The notes under the pieces were generated by a model that made no database searches, had not been told where the DNA came from, and worked only from the letters and a program-made list of their open reading frames with translations. The translations under genes and the position numbers were made by a program. Source: Candidatus Marinacidobacterales bacterium (GTDB taxonomy: Bacteria > Acidobacteriota > Vicinamibacteria > Marinacidobacterales > DATDRI01). Taken from it: a stretch of 64,000 bases of DNA. This document shows, piece by piece, positions 29,728 through 39,848 of the stretch (position 1 is its first letter; every line of letters begins with the position of its first letter). The DNA is taken from the NCBI GenBank assembly GCA_965226495.1, contig OZ245365.1, forward strand, positions 3,552,001 through 3,616,000. Reading direction: 5' to 3'.

Positions 29728-31443
29728 ATGAAAAAACAGGAACCGGAAGCCCCCAACGCGGTGCCATCGCTGGACTTCATCCGGGCCAAGGTCGCGGAAG
29801 ATCTAAAGGCCGGCAAGAACGGCGGGCGTGTGGTGACACGATTCCCTCCCGAACCCAACGGTTACCTGCACATCGGCCACGCCAAGTCCATCTGCCTCAA
29901 CTTTGGCGTCGCCGCAGAGAACAAAGGCGTCTGCAACTTGCGCTACGACGACACGAATCCAGCAAAAGAAGATGTCGAATACGTGGAATCGATCAAGGAG
30001 GACGTACGCTGGCTCGGCTTCGACTGGGGCGACCGAGAATTCTATGCTTCCGACTACTTCGACAGGCTCTACGAGTACGCCCTGCAACTCATCAAAGATG
30101 GGAAGGCTTACGTCGACAGCCTCGCGGCGGACGAGATCCGACAGTACCGGGGCACCTTGACCGAACCCGGCAAAGATAGCCCCCACCGAAAACGCTCGGT
30201 CGAAGAGAACCTCGACCTGTTCGAGCGAATGAAAGCCGGCGAGTTCGAAGACGGAACGCACGTCCTGCGCGCCAAGATCGATATGGCATCGGGCAACATC
30301 AACATGCGTGACCCCACGCTCTACCGGATCCGCCGCGTGCCACACCACCGGACCGGCGACAGATGGTTGATCTACCCGATGTACGACTTCACGCACGCAC
30401 TGTCGGACTCCATCGAAGGGGTCACACACTCGCTGTGCACACTGGAATTCGAAGATCACCGACCCCTATACGACTGGACGCTCGACGAAACAAGTGTCGA
30501 GTGCCACCCTCAACAGATCGAGTTTGCGCGACTCAACCTCAGCTACACGGTGATGAGCAAGCGGAAACTCTTGGAGCTCGTCGAGGGAGGCCACGTCTCG
30601 GGCTGGGACGATCCCCGCCTCCCCACCATCGGTGGGTTGCGTAGGCGAGGCTATACGCCGGAGTCCATTCGAGATTTTTGCACGCGCATTGGTGTGGCAA
30701 AAAAGAGCAGCGTCGTCGACATGGCGCAACTCGAACACGCGGTGAGGGAAGACCTGAACAAACGCGCACCGCGAGTGATGGCGGTGCTGCGTCCACTACG
30801 AATCGTGCTCGAGAATTATCCCCAAGAGCAAGTCGAGGAACTGGAGGCAGTAAACAATCCGGAAGACCCCGAGGCAAGCACCAGAAAGGTCCCCTTTTCG
30901 CGTGTCCTCTACATCGAACGTGAGGATTTCCAAGAAGACCCGCCGAAGAAGTTCTTCCGTCTAGCACCCGGCCGCGAGGTCCGCCTCCGTTACGCGTATC
31001 TCATCACCTGCCAGAATGTCGTTAAAGATGACCGCGGGGAGATCGTCGAGCTTCGTTGCACCTACGACCCGGAAACACGTGGAGGCTCGGCGCCCGATGG
31101 ACGTCGCGTGAAGGGCACACTGCATTGGGTCTCGGCTGCTCACGCGATCCCCGCGGAAGTCCGCCTCTACGATCGGCTCTTCACCGTAGAAGATCCGGGA
31201 GACGTCGAAGACGGCGAAGACTACAAATCCTACCTGAACCCGAATTCTCTCGAGATCCTTACCACATGCCAGGTCGAGCCCAGCCTCGCGGAAGCCACGC
31301 CAGGATACCGATGTCAGTTCGAGCGACAGGGCTACTTTTCCGTCGACCCCGACTCCTCGAACAACTCCCTGGTCTTCAACCGAACGGTGAGCCTCAGGGA
31401 TAGCTGGGCCAAGATCGAAAAAGCGCAGAAGATCAAGCCCTAA
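29728..31443 (+). CDS. glnS: Glutamine--tRNA ligase
   Basis: [45 protein letters not shown]; ATG 29728 after GGAG. Confidence 0.97.
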   Translation: MKKQEPEAPNAVPSLDFIRAKVAEDLKAGKNGGRVVTRFPPEPNGYLHIGHAKSICLNFGVAAENKGVCNLRYDDTNPAKEDVEYVESIKEDVRWLGFDWGDREFYASDYFDRLYEYALQLIKDGKAYVDSLAADEIRQYRGTLTEPGKDSPHRKRSVEENLDLFERMKAGEFEDGTHVLRAKIDMASGNINMRDPTLYRIRRVPHHRTGDRWLIYPMYDFTHALSDSIEGVTHSLCTLEFEDHRPLYDWTLDETSVECHPQQIEFARLNLSYTVMSKRKLLELVEGGHVSGWDDPRLPTIGGLRRRGYTPESIRDFCTRIGVAKKSSVVDMAQLEHAVREDLNKRAPRVMAVLRPLRIVLENYPQEQVEELEAVNNPEDPEASTRKVPFSRVLYIEREDFQEDPPKKFFRLAPGREVRLRYAYLITCQNVVKDDRGEIVELRCTYDPETRGGSAPDGRRVKGTLHWVSAAHAIPAEVRLYDRLFTVEDPGDVEDGEDYKSYLNPNSLEILTTCQVEPSLAEATPGYRCQFERQGYFSVDPDSSNNSLVFNRTVSLRDSWAKIEKAQKIKP

Positions 31444-32948
31444 TCCTGACCTCCGTAACTAGCCGCATATTCTTTCTCCAACGCCTTCACCTTCTTGGAC
31501 GAAATCCCCCCAAGAGCGTCGATCGCGCGCCGGAGCCGCATCCGGACTATGTCCAAGCCCAGAATCTCCATGGACTGAAAGAGTGGTGTGGAGGCCTTAA
31601 CACCCGTGATCGCGACGTAAAAGGGTCGCGACAAGTCACGAAGAGAAATTTCGAACCGCTCCGAGAGATCACGGAAAACTTTCTCGATAGCGTTGCCCGT
31701 GAAGCGCTTCTCCTGCTCCAGACGCCAGGTTGCGAACTGTAGAAGTTCCTTCAACTCATCGGGCGTCTTGCCTTTCAGCTGAAGAGCATCGGCCTCGTAT
31801 GGCACCGCGTCGGAGAAGAAGAAGGCGGTCAGGTATCCCCAATCGGAAAGTGTTTCCATCCGCGGTCGAGCCAACGGAATGATCCGGTCGAGCGAGTCCT
31901 CACCAAGGCCCCAATTCTGGAGGGCCGTACGGAGCGAGGCGGTGTCATAGTCTTCCCGGATATACCGGCCGTTCAGCCACCGAAGTTTCTCTACGTCGAA
32001 AACAGGACCGCCGAGCGTAATGCGGTCGAGCTGAAAATTGTCGACCATTTTCTCGGTCGTGAACTTCTCCTCGCCATCGATGGGCCACCAACCCATCAGC
32101 CCCATGAAGTTCCGCATCGCCTCGGGGAGGAAACCGGCGCGGCGAAAATAGTTAATCGATGTCGGGTTCTTCCGCTTCGAGAGCTTCGACTTGTTCTTGT
32201 CGTTGTTCCTCAGAAGCGGCAGGTGACAAAAGACGGGCGGCTCCCAGCCGAAAGACTCGTAGAGCTTCAGGTGTTTGGGCACCGAGTTGATCCATTCCTC
32301 ACCCCGGATCACATGACTCACCGCCATCAGATGGTCGTCGACGACGTTGGCCAGGTGGTAAGTCGGAAACCCGTCCGACTTCAGGATGACTTGGTCGTCC
32401 ACCGTCGCCCAATCTTTTCGGATCTCGCCACGAAGCAGATCCTGCATCACGCACTCGCCTTCTACCGGAACTTTCATTCGAACGACGAAAGGCTCCCCGG
32501 CGGCGGCGCGGCGAGCCGATTCCTCGGGCGCAATCTCTCGACAGGTGCGATCGTAGCCAGGAAAGAGTTTCTTGTCCCGGTTGTCGGCTCGCATCTTGTC
32601 GAGCCGCTCCTTGGTGCAGAAGCAACGGTAGGCGTCTCCGGCCTCGAGCAGCTGACCGACGTGCTGACGATAGATCTCCGTCCGCTCGCTCTGCCGGTAC
32701 GGACCGTGAGGTCCCCCGATATCCGGCCCCTCATCCCACTGAAGGCCGAGCCATTTCAGCGATGCGAGTATGGCGTCCTCGGATTGCTGGGTGGAGCGGG
32801 CTCGGTCGGTATCCTCGATGCGCAAGATGAAAACACCGCGCTGCTGCTTGGCGAAGACGTAGTTGAAGAGCGCTTGGTAAGCGGTACCGACATGCGGATC
32901 GCCGGTCGGTGACGGTGCGACTCGAACTCGAACCGGGCGCTCGGTCAT
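31440..32948 (-). CDS. gltX: Glutamate--tRNA ligase
   Basis: [42 protein letters not shown]. Confidence 0.97.
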   Translation of the reverse strand: MTERPVRVRVAPSPTGDPHVGTAYQALFNYVFAKQQRGVFILRIEDTDRARSTQQSEDAILASLKWLGLQWDEGPDIGGPHGPYRQSERTEIYRQHVGQLLEAGDAYRCFCTKERLDKMRADNRDKKLFPGYDRTCREIAPEESARRAAAGEPFVVRMKVPVEGECVMQDLLRGEIRKDWATVDDQVILKSDGFPTYHLANVVDDHLMAVSHVIRGEEWINSVPKHLKLYESFGWEPPVFCHLPLLRNNDKNKSKLSKRKNPTSINYFRRAGFLPEAMRNFMGLMGWWPIDGEEKFTTEKMVDNFQLDRITLGGPVFDVEKLRWLNGRYIREDYDTASLRTALQNWGLGEDSLDRIIPLARPRMETLSDWGYLTAFFFSDAVPYEADALQLKGKTPDELKELLQFATWRLEQEKRFTGNAIEKVFRDLSERFEISLRDLSRPFYVAITGVKASTPLFQSMEILGLDIVRMRLRRAIDALGGISSKKVKALEKEYAASYGGQD

Positions 32949-33232
32949 GAGGCCACATTGTAGCCCAGCCGACGCGTTCCGTCCTCGGACATCAACGTAT
33001 CCGCACCTAGATCGAGGACCTCGGTCCCCGCCGGGATCACGTCCGGACCACCGACCGCGACGATGCGGTCGCCCTCTATCAAAACTGCTGCGTTCTTGAT
33101 CGGCTGCTCGCTCCTGCCATCGATGAGCTGACCGCAGAGAAGGCCCGTGCGTTTTCCCTCCGCGCCGGCAGGCCCGAGGCTCGCCACTAGCAGAGGTATC
33201 GTGAGGACTGCAAAGCGCTTGAATATGAGCAA
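32945..33232 (-). pseudogene. Truncated N-terminal remnant of an exported amidohydrolase
   Basis: GGGAGG + TTG 33232, signal peptide, LIDG...AAVLIEGDRIVAVG...VLDLG..TL; ends where PGLIDxHxH is expected. Confidence 0.65.
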
Positions 33233-33297
33233 TGCCTCCCCTAGCGAGGTTTTATTACAGATCGCTACGTCGCCGCAAAATTTGCTATAACGCGAGA

Positions 33298-34260
33298 GTG
33301 AGTCAACTCTCCCTATTCGACGAAGGGGATACGCCGCCCACTGTGCGGGGTGTCGCTCCCTCGCCCACCCACCAAGCACTCGCCAGGAAGCTACCCAAAA
33401 ACCTCTATCTTGGCTGCTCATCCTGGTCCTTCCCGGGCTGGGAGGGTTTGGTCTACGAAGACCGGGGAAAGAAGACGGATCTGGCGCGACACGGACTCGC
33501 CGCCTACGCCACACATCCCTTGCTCACGAGTGTGGGAATCGATCGAACCTATTACTCACCTCTGTCCGCCGACGATTTCACCGACTACCGCGAAGCGGTG
33601 CCGGAGGCGTTCCGCTTCCTCGTCAAGGCCCATCAACTCTGCACGATGGCCACCTTCAAGTCTCCGACGGGGCAGTCGACCGAGAATCCGTCCTTTCTCG
33701 ATCCCAGCTATGCACGGGATGAAGTCGTCGGCCCGTACGCCGAAGGACTGAAGCAGAAGGCCGGCGTGTTGGTCTTCCAGTTCCCGCCCCAGTCGGTTGC
33801 CACCATGGGTGGCCGCGACGGCTTCGCAGAAAAGTTACACGCCTTCCTCGGGGGACTGCCCTCCGGGTTTTCTTACGCGACCGAAATCCGCAACCCGGAG
33901 CTCATGACACCGCGGTATTTCCAAGCGCTCTCGGACCAGAACGCGAGCCACTGCTATAACGTACACCCCACGATGCCGCCGCTCGACGAGCAACGGCGAC
34001 TCGCCGAAGCCTCTCGGGGCCCGGCGGTCGCGGTACGCTGGATGCTGCGACGGGATCGGGAGTACGAGACGGCCAAGGAAGAGTTCGCGCCTTTCAACCG
34101 TCTCGCGGCCGAGGACACCTCCTCGCGGCGGCAGGTGGCTGATACGATCCAGGCCTCCCCGAGGAGCCAGCCGGTGTTCGTGATCGTCAACAACAAAGCC
34201 GAAGGCTCCGCTCCGCTGAGCATATTCCGGCTCGCCGAATATCTCGCCGACTCCCAGTGA
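33298..34260 (+). CDS. DUF72 (YecE-like) protein
   Basis: LGCSSWSFPGW.G..Y, D.TYY, FLVKA, FQFPP, EIRN, VNNKAEG.A. Confidence 0.9.
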   Translation: MSQLSLFDEGDTPPTVRGVAPSPTHQALARKLPKNLYLGCSSWSFPGWEGLVYEDRGKKTDLARHGLAAYATHPLLTSVGIDRTYYSPLSADDFTDYREAVPEAFRFLVKAHQLCTMATFKSPTGQSTENPSFLDPSYARDEVVGPYAEGLKQKAGVLVFQFPPQSVATMGGRDGFAEKLHAFLGGLPSGFSYATEIRNPELMTPRYFQALSDQNASHCYNVHPTMPPLDEQRRLAEASRGPAVAVRWMLRRDREYETAKEEFAPFNRLAAEDTSSRRQVADTIQASPRSQPVFVIVNNKAEGSAPLSIFRLAEYLADSQ

Positions 34261-34411
34261 TTTACGTCACAGAGCCCAATCGAGTATCCGTCCTATCATC
34301 CTGCCACCCTCGGTCGACGCCGATCGAGGTGGAGCCAGGTCTTGGCTCTGTGATATGTTCTGAGGCGCGCCCGGTTCGAGGTTGGGACAAACGCAACTTA
34401 GAGAGGCGCCC

Positions 34412-34615
34412 ATGGTCGTTTATTGTAGCTGGTGCGACCGCGAGATTCTCCCGAGCGATGGGAGCCCCAGCGCACAGCGCGAGGGGTTATGTTTAGACTG
34501 CACTCTTAATTTCATTAGTGGTCAGCCATCGGAGAGAAGACGCGGAGAGCGCCGCCGGTACTCCGCCAAGCCGGTCAGCGAAAGACGCAGCGTTAGCGAG
34601 CGCCGACGCGACTAG
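34412..34615 (+). CDS. Small Cys4 protein with C-terminal ERR repeats
   Basis: GAGAGG + ATG 34412; CSWC...CLDC and four ERR motifs. Confidence 0.55.
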   Translation: MVVYCSWCDREILPSDGSPSAQREGLCLDCTLNFISGQPSERRRGERRRYSAKPVSERRSVSERRRD

Positions 34616-34779
34616 CTTGACCTGGAGTTCGACTGTCATTCGCCCGCTGGAGGTGTACCCACCCTCAAATTCCCACCCCGTCTGATATAGGCCTGATCTA
34701 GCTTGACCGGGGCCCGCCCGGTGTCGTTGGACTGGACGCTCGGGCCCCCAAACAGGATAAGACCGGGACAGTGGGAACG

Positions 34780-35633
34780 ATGACCGAAACCGAACAAATA
34801 AAGGCCCTCGGTCTGAAGAACGGGGCGTTGGTCATCGAACATGTGTCGCTGCCGCCGATGCCTTCAACGAGTACGTCCCCGAAGGGCATCGGCCTGCCGA
34901 CATTCTGCTGGGCGCCAAGTCCGTCGTCGTCGCAGGCAACCCAGGGCCGACCGCCGGGGGGTGGCGATCTCCCGATCATCGAGTCATGGAAATCACCGGC
35001 TACGACTTCCGGGAGAACGTCGCGGTCCACGTCATGGCCGACTTCATCGAGAGCGAGCTTGGCTATCAAGCCATTCAAGCCCCCTCGCTCCCGACCGCTG
35101 GGCACAAGCCGCCGATGAGCATGATGCTGTCCGCGGTATTGGCAGGCTTGGGAACGCGGTCGCTGGCCGCCAACATCATCCTTCACCCGGAGTACGGGCT
35201 ACTCTACTACGCCGCCCTTATCACGACGATGCCCCTCACGCCCGATCACCGTTTGGAAAAGGACGTTTGTCCTTCTCCACCGTGCATTGAGATGTATAAG
35301 AAGCTGGGCACGACGCCCTGCATCGCAGCGTGCCCGGCGTCCGAGGAGGGGTGCCTCGACGGAAAGATTGACGAGGAAGGTCGCATCTCCTATTCCTATT
35401 ACGATCGTGAACGATGCACGTCCCGCGCTATGAACTTCGGCGTGGGCGGGCTCCAGAAGGCTCTCGTTCAAATCGTCACCGAGGATGATCGGGAAAAGAG
35501 GAAGGCCATGATTCACTCCGACTTCTTCACCCAGTCTCTGTCCTCACTTGGTTTCTACAAAGAGAGCGTTGCTCAGTGTTTCGAATGCATGCGGGTGTGC
35601 CCCGTCGGGCAACCGCATCGGAAACTCAGTTGA
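34780..35633 (+). CDS. QueG/reductive-dehalogenase-like 2x[4Fe-4S] protein, copy 1 (frameshift at ~34838-34842)
   Basis: RPADILLGAKSVVV, AVLAGLG...ILHPEYG...ALITTMPL, C..C..CIAACP and RC...CFECMRVCP; the N-terminus MTETEQIKALGLKNGA lies in another frame. Confidence 0.75.
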
Positions 35634-36505
35634 AGACTACCGACAAGCCGGACGTTCTTGACTTAGTTGTCGCGAAGCAAGAACTCGGAACCTTCGCGCA
35701 GAAGAACGGCGCTCTCTCATTCGGCGTCGCGGCTATCGACGGTTTTGAAGATGCCCCGGAGGGTTTTCGTCCCGCCGACCTACTCCCGGGCGCCCAGAGC
35801 GTCGTGGTGGTTGGAGGTAACCCACCCCGGGCCGGCGATTGGTTGAGCCCACTCGTCGAACTCCAAGAAACGATGGGCACAAGCGAACGCACGAACGCCC
35901 TGGGTTTGAAGATCGCAAAGTTCATCGAAGCGCACTACGGCTACTACGCCTTGTTCGTGCCCCCGGGAGTTAACAAAGGAAACCGCCCTTTCTTGAGCGT
36001 CATGATGGCGGCTGAGTTAGCCGGCTGCGGCTCACGAAGTTTGGCGGGCCCGATTCTGAACACCGAATACGGCATGCTCTTCTATTCCGCCATCATCACG
36101 ACACTCCCACTTTCTCCCGATGGCCCGCTCGAAACGCCTGCTTGCCCCGCGCCGGAGTGCCTCGAGATGTGGGAAGAGCAAGCCACGACACCTTGCCTCA
36201 ATGTGTGTCCCATCGACCAGGGGGGTTGCCTTGGAGGTGAGGTGGCGGATGGCAAATTCACAGCCCGCCGATACGACCGGGCACGCTGCACGACCCGGGT
36301 TCATACCCACTGGATGCCCGGTTTCCAGAAGGCCCTGGGGGCTGCGCTCGACGAAGGCGACAAAGACAAGCGTAAGATGATCCTCTACAGCAGTTTTTTC
36401 ACTCGCTCGCTGTGGTCGCTGACCTATTCAGCGCAGAGCCAAGGTCAGTGCTACGAGTGTATTCGCGTCTGTCCCGTCGGCAAGGAATACCGGACAAAGA
36501 AGTAA
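35630..36505 (+). CDS. QueG/reductive-dehalogenase-like 2x[4Fe-4S] protein, copy 2
   Basis: TTG 35630 overlaps the upstream TGA; GVA..D...P..LLP.AQSVVV, AELAG.G, IITTLPL, CLNVCP, CYECIRVCP. Confidence 0.8.
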   Translation: MKTTDKPDVLDLVVAKQELGTFAQKNGALSFGVAAIDGFEDAPEGFRPADLLPGAQSVVVVGGNPPRAGDWLSPLVELQETMGTSERTNALGLKIAKFIEAHYGYYALFVPPGVNKGNRPFLSVMMAAELAGCGSRSLAGPILNTEYGMLFYSAIITTLPLSPDGPLETPACPAPECLEMWEEQATTPCLNVCPIDQGGCLGGEVADGKFTARRYDRARCTTRVHTHWMPGFQKALGAALDEGDKDKRKMILYSSFFTRSLWSLTYSAQSQGQCYECIRVCPVGKEYRTKK

Positions 36506-36540
36506 GGAAAAAGAGAGAAGTAGGAAAATAGGAGGCCGCC

Positions 36541-36855
36541 GTGGGGTTCTTTTTCGTCGATCCGGAAACATACAAACGGTACAAGGACGAGGTTCTCCGG
36601 CTGAGCGACTCGTTCCAGGTGAACATTCAGGAACATCTCCCCACCGAGACCCGCCGGAGGGGGCTATCCGACAAGGAGATCGCAGCCAAGCTCAACCTCG
36701 ACGAACGGGTGGTTCGAGAGGTCAGGGTTGTCGCCGAGCGCGACTATTACGATCTCGACGAATGGGAAAAGGCCATCGAGTTCAAAGACAAGGCCTGCCG
36801 CGCCTTCTCCAAAAGCGGCCTGTCCTACGTTTTCAAGAAGAGAAAGTCGAACTGA
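36541..36855 (+). CDS. Small protein with HTH-like segment
   Basis: AGGAGG RBS; GLSDKEIAAKLNLDERVVRE. Confidence 0.7.
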   Translation: MGFFFVDPETYKRYKDEVLRLSDSFQVNIQEHLPTETRRRGLSDKEIAAKLNLDERVVREVRVVAERDYYDLDEWEKAIEFKDKACRAFSKSGLSYVFKKRKSN

Positions 36856-37048
36856 GCCCAGCCGTAGAGTCTGCAGAGGTGTAGGGTTCCGCGCCCTGAC
36901 TGAGGGGAAAACACAACGCCCGATGGGAGCCAGTCGCCAATCCCTCCCTCTATGAGCAAGATAGACAGTGGAGATGTGTGCCAGAGTCCGGCACAAGTCT
37001 TGCTATTTCCGAGGCGGGATCCAAATATCTACGGAGAGAAAGCCGGAA

Positions 37049-38083
37049 ATGTCCGACAAACCATCGCCCGACCCGACGAAACACGAGATCCTGCTCCTCG
37101 CGACCGAGAGTCAGGCCTACGCCTTCGATCTTTCTGAGACCTTCCGCATCGCGATTGGACGGCACGAAACCAACGACATCCAACTGCAATCTCGCAACGT
37201 CTCGAATCACCACGCGGAGCTATTGAGTGAGGCGGACGGTGTCCATTTGCATGACCTTCGCAGCACCAACGGAACGCACCTAAACGGGGACAAGATCCGC
37301 GAACGGGTCATCTCCAGTGGCGACAACATCCGGGTCGGCAGTCACGTCCTAACGGTGCACCTCAAACCGCGGAAAGTGGCGTGGGAAGGGGCGTCCAGGC
37401 TTTACAGCAAAGGGGCTTTCGAGATCGGTACTTCCGGCACTTTGGTTCCCGTGCGCGATAGTTCCCAACAGCCCCGAAAGACACACCCTTCGGGGAGCCC
37501 AACCGACCTGCCGCTCGCCGATCTCCTCAAGATCTTGACCTCGCTCGAACGGCTGACTCTGCTGGTCGTCCGAAACGGCGGAGCGGATGAGGCAAAGATC
37601 GTCGTGGGTAAGGGCGGGCTCCTCCACGCCGAGTGCGCTGCCGCCAAGGGGGAGAAGGCCCTTTATCGGGTTTTCCGATGGGCTCGCGCCACGTACCACA
37701 TACAAGAAGTCCCCCCCGGCTCGGACTCGATGCGCACGATAGCTCTACCCACGGATACGCTCATCGCGGAGGGTGTCCAACAGGCCGAGGGAGTGGACAG
37801 GCTCCTCGCTCAACTGCCAGAACCGAACGCCGCGCTCACGCTGAAAGAAGATTGTCCGCTCCCGCTTGCAGCCCTCTCCCCGGCGGAGATCAGCATTTAT
37901 CAAAGCCTGATCCGTTACGAAACGATCGAAAAGGTACTCGAAGCGTCTCAGCTTCCCGACTACAAGGCCCTTGGCCTCATCGAGGCGCTCGTCAGAAAGG
38001 GCGTCTTCGAAAACGCGGAAACTGCGGACGGCATGTTGGAAGGAACCAGCGTTTCCCTACCCAAAATGACCGGCTCGGCCTAG
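37049..38083 (+). CDS. FHA + DUF4388-like domain protein
   Basis: IGR...ND...SNHHA...DLRSTNGT.LNG; L.DLL..L, GEKALYRVFRW. Confidence 0.82.
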   Translation: MSDKPSPDPTKHEILLLATESQAYAFDLSETFRIAIGRHETNDIQLQSRNVSNHHAELLSEADGVHLHDLRSTNGTHLNGDKIRERVISSGDNIRVGSHVLTVHLKPRKVAWEGASRLYSKGAFEIGTSGTLVPVRDSSQQPRKTHPSGSPTDLPLADLLKILTSLERLTLLVVRNGGADEAKIVVGKGGLLHAECAAAKGEKALYRVFRWARATYHIQEVPPGSDSMRTIALPTDTLIAEGVQQAEGVDRLLAQLPEPNAALTLKEDCPLPLAALSPAEISIYQSLIRYETIEKVLEASQLPDYKALGLIEALVRKGVFENAETADGMLEGTSVSLPKMTGSA

Positions 38084-38246
38084 CCCGAGCCTTCCGCGCC
38101 CCTGCGGGAATACTCATCCCGCAAATTTTGAGCAGTCAAAGTTACGTGTCCGCCTGCGCTTGGAGTCGTCCCACTTGGCCGACCATCCCAACAATCAGTA
38201 TGCTTGAGAGCGAAGCATAATAAGAACCAACATCCTCGGCTACTAC

Positions 38247-38940
38247 GTGCTCGGCGTCTCGATGCTCGTCGCTGGCTGCGAGGGCGGCTCCGCCCCAGGC
38301 CCCACGCCGCCTCAGACTCCCGGCCAGGTCACACTTGCTCACGTCATCGAGGCGATGTTCCTGGGCCAGGGACCGGCGTCATCGGCAAACACCTCATGCC
38401 CGGTGCGAGGAGCCTGGGCCCCCTTCGCGCGTGGAGGCGTCGTTCGAGTCATCGTCGGATCGAGTGTCACGCAACCGCAAAGAAGAGCGATGGAGCGCGA
38501 GCTGCGAGCCTTCGAGCTTGCCAGCGGTGGCTTCTTCAGGATCGTTGTCGAGGGTAGCGGCAACCCGAACCCCTGCCCCAATCCTTTCGAGGTCACGTCC
38601 GCCACTTCGAGCGACGAGGAAGTCGCAACCCTATGCGGAGCGGGTGCAGCCGGCTGTCTCGTTGCCATCCAGGCAAGCGGTCACGAGCGGATCGGTGGAA
38701 GGACCGTTCAGGGCAATCAGTTTCGCGGGCACGGTGCACGTCCACGAGTTGGGGCACGCACTCGGCCTCTGCCACGTCAACGGAGCAAGCCTGCCCAACG
38801 CGGTCATGGCCATTCCACAGCGAGGCTCTTCCGACAGCTTTGTCACCATGGAGCTTCAGGCGATCGAGGCCGTCTACGCCTCCGGCCTGGAGCCCGGGGC
38901 GACAGGAGTGGAGTTTCAGCAAGCCGGGCTCATTGACTAG
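38247..38940 (+). pseudogene. Lipoprotein zinc metalloprotease (metzincin), frameshifted near 38700
   Basis: Lipobox LVAGC in one frame; HELGHALGLCH and Met-turn AVM in the next frame. Confidence 0.65.
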
Positions 38941-39018
38941 ACTCGACAACGTGGCTTCCCTGCCTGCCACCGTCGGCGACAAGGGCCCCAGCAACGTCCT
39001 GGCGCTAGTGGCGCGCTT

Positions 39019-39408
39019 TTACGCAAGAAACTTTTGGAGCGGTTCCCAGTACATCTTTGGCCAGCCCGCTTCGAGATGGCCCTTCTCGTGCTCGGGAAAA
39101 CCCGACTGGTCGAAGACGAGCCGTGTCCCCTTGTCGTCCTCCTGGAGCTCGAATCGAACCACCGAATAAACTCCATCTTCCCAGTTCGCTGTCCGCCAGG
39201 CTTGAACGATGCGGCGATCGGGGACGAGTTCTACGTGTCGCCCAACGACCTTGTCTCCGAAGCAAGAGAAGGGCCCGCCTTCGTCTCGACTGATTTCGGC
39301 CGGCGCCCCTCCGGTTACTTCGCTAAACTGCGCGGCGTCGGTCAAAGCCTGGTAGACCCGCTTCGCCGGCGCGGGGAGCACGACTTCCTGGTGGATACGA
39401 TCGGACAT
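39019..39408 (-). CDS. SRPBCC/AHSA1-like protein
   Basis: RVYQALTD, ELVPDRRIVQAW, GW..YW..L pattern. Confidence 0.85.
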   Translation of the reverse strand: MSDRIHQEVVLPAPAKRVYQALTDAAQFSEVTGGAPAEISRDEGGPFSCFGDKVVGRHVELVPDRRIVQAWRTANWEDGVYSVVRFELQEDDKGTRLVFDQSGFPEHEKGHLEAGWPKMYWEPLQKFLA

Positions 39409-39432
39409 TTCGGTTCTCCTTTGCGTTTGTTG

Positions 39433-39460
39433 AAATAGTTAACCATTTGGTTTACTATTT
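39433..39460. promoter_or_regulatory. Palindromic operator between divergent SRPBCC and arsR genes
   Basis: AAATAGTTAACCA-TT-TGGTTTACTATTT, 12/13 symmetric, AT-rich in a GC-rich context. Confidence 0.75.
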
Positions 39461-39470
39461 TCTTTCGACC

Positions 39471-39848
39471 ATGGTACGGATGTCAAGCGGCGCGGAGAGG
39501 ACGGCGAAAGCGGAAGACCGGCTAGACCGAGTCTTCCAAGCGCTCTCCGATAGAACCCGGCGCACGATGCTGGTGCGGCTGTCGAAGGGGCCAGCGATCG
39601 TGCGAGAGCTCGGAGAGCCTTTCGATATCTCCATGCCCGCCGTGTGCAAACACCTGCGAGTGCTCGAGGAGGCCAGGCTCGTGGAGCGCACCGTCGACGG
39701 GAGGGTCCACCGGTGCGTTCTCGACGCCGAGCCCTTGCGGCAGGTCGAGAAGTGGCTCGCCCACTACCGGCCGTTCTGGGCGGAGACTCTCGACGCCCTA
39801 GCGCGTTACGTGGAGCGGGGCCCGAAGAAAAGGCGGAGGCCGAAGTGA
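39471..39848 (+). CDS. ArsR/SmtB-family transcriptional regulator
   Basis: FQALSD.TRR, ISMPAV.KHLRVLEEA.LV, GR. Confidence 0.9.
   Translation: MVRMSSGAERTAKAEDRLDRVFQALSDRTRRTMLVRLSKGPAIVRELGEPFDISMPAVCKHLRVLEEARLVERTVDGRVHRCVLDAEPLRQVEKWLAHYRPFWAETLDALARYVERGPKKRRRPK

Noticed and set aside
34616-34779. Cobalamin riboswitch upstream of the QueG-like genes
   Set aside because: Only a GGGGCCCG/CGGGCCCC inverted repeat (34709-34748); no B12-box consensus recognised.
34780-36505. Assigning queG or rdhA symbols
   Set aside because: Cys spacing, tandem paralogy and lack of TAT/RdhB or que context do not fit either cleanly.
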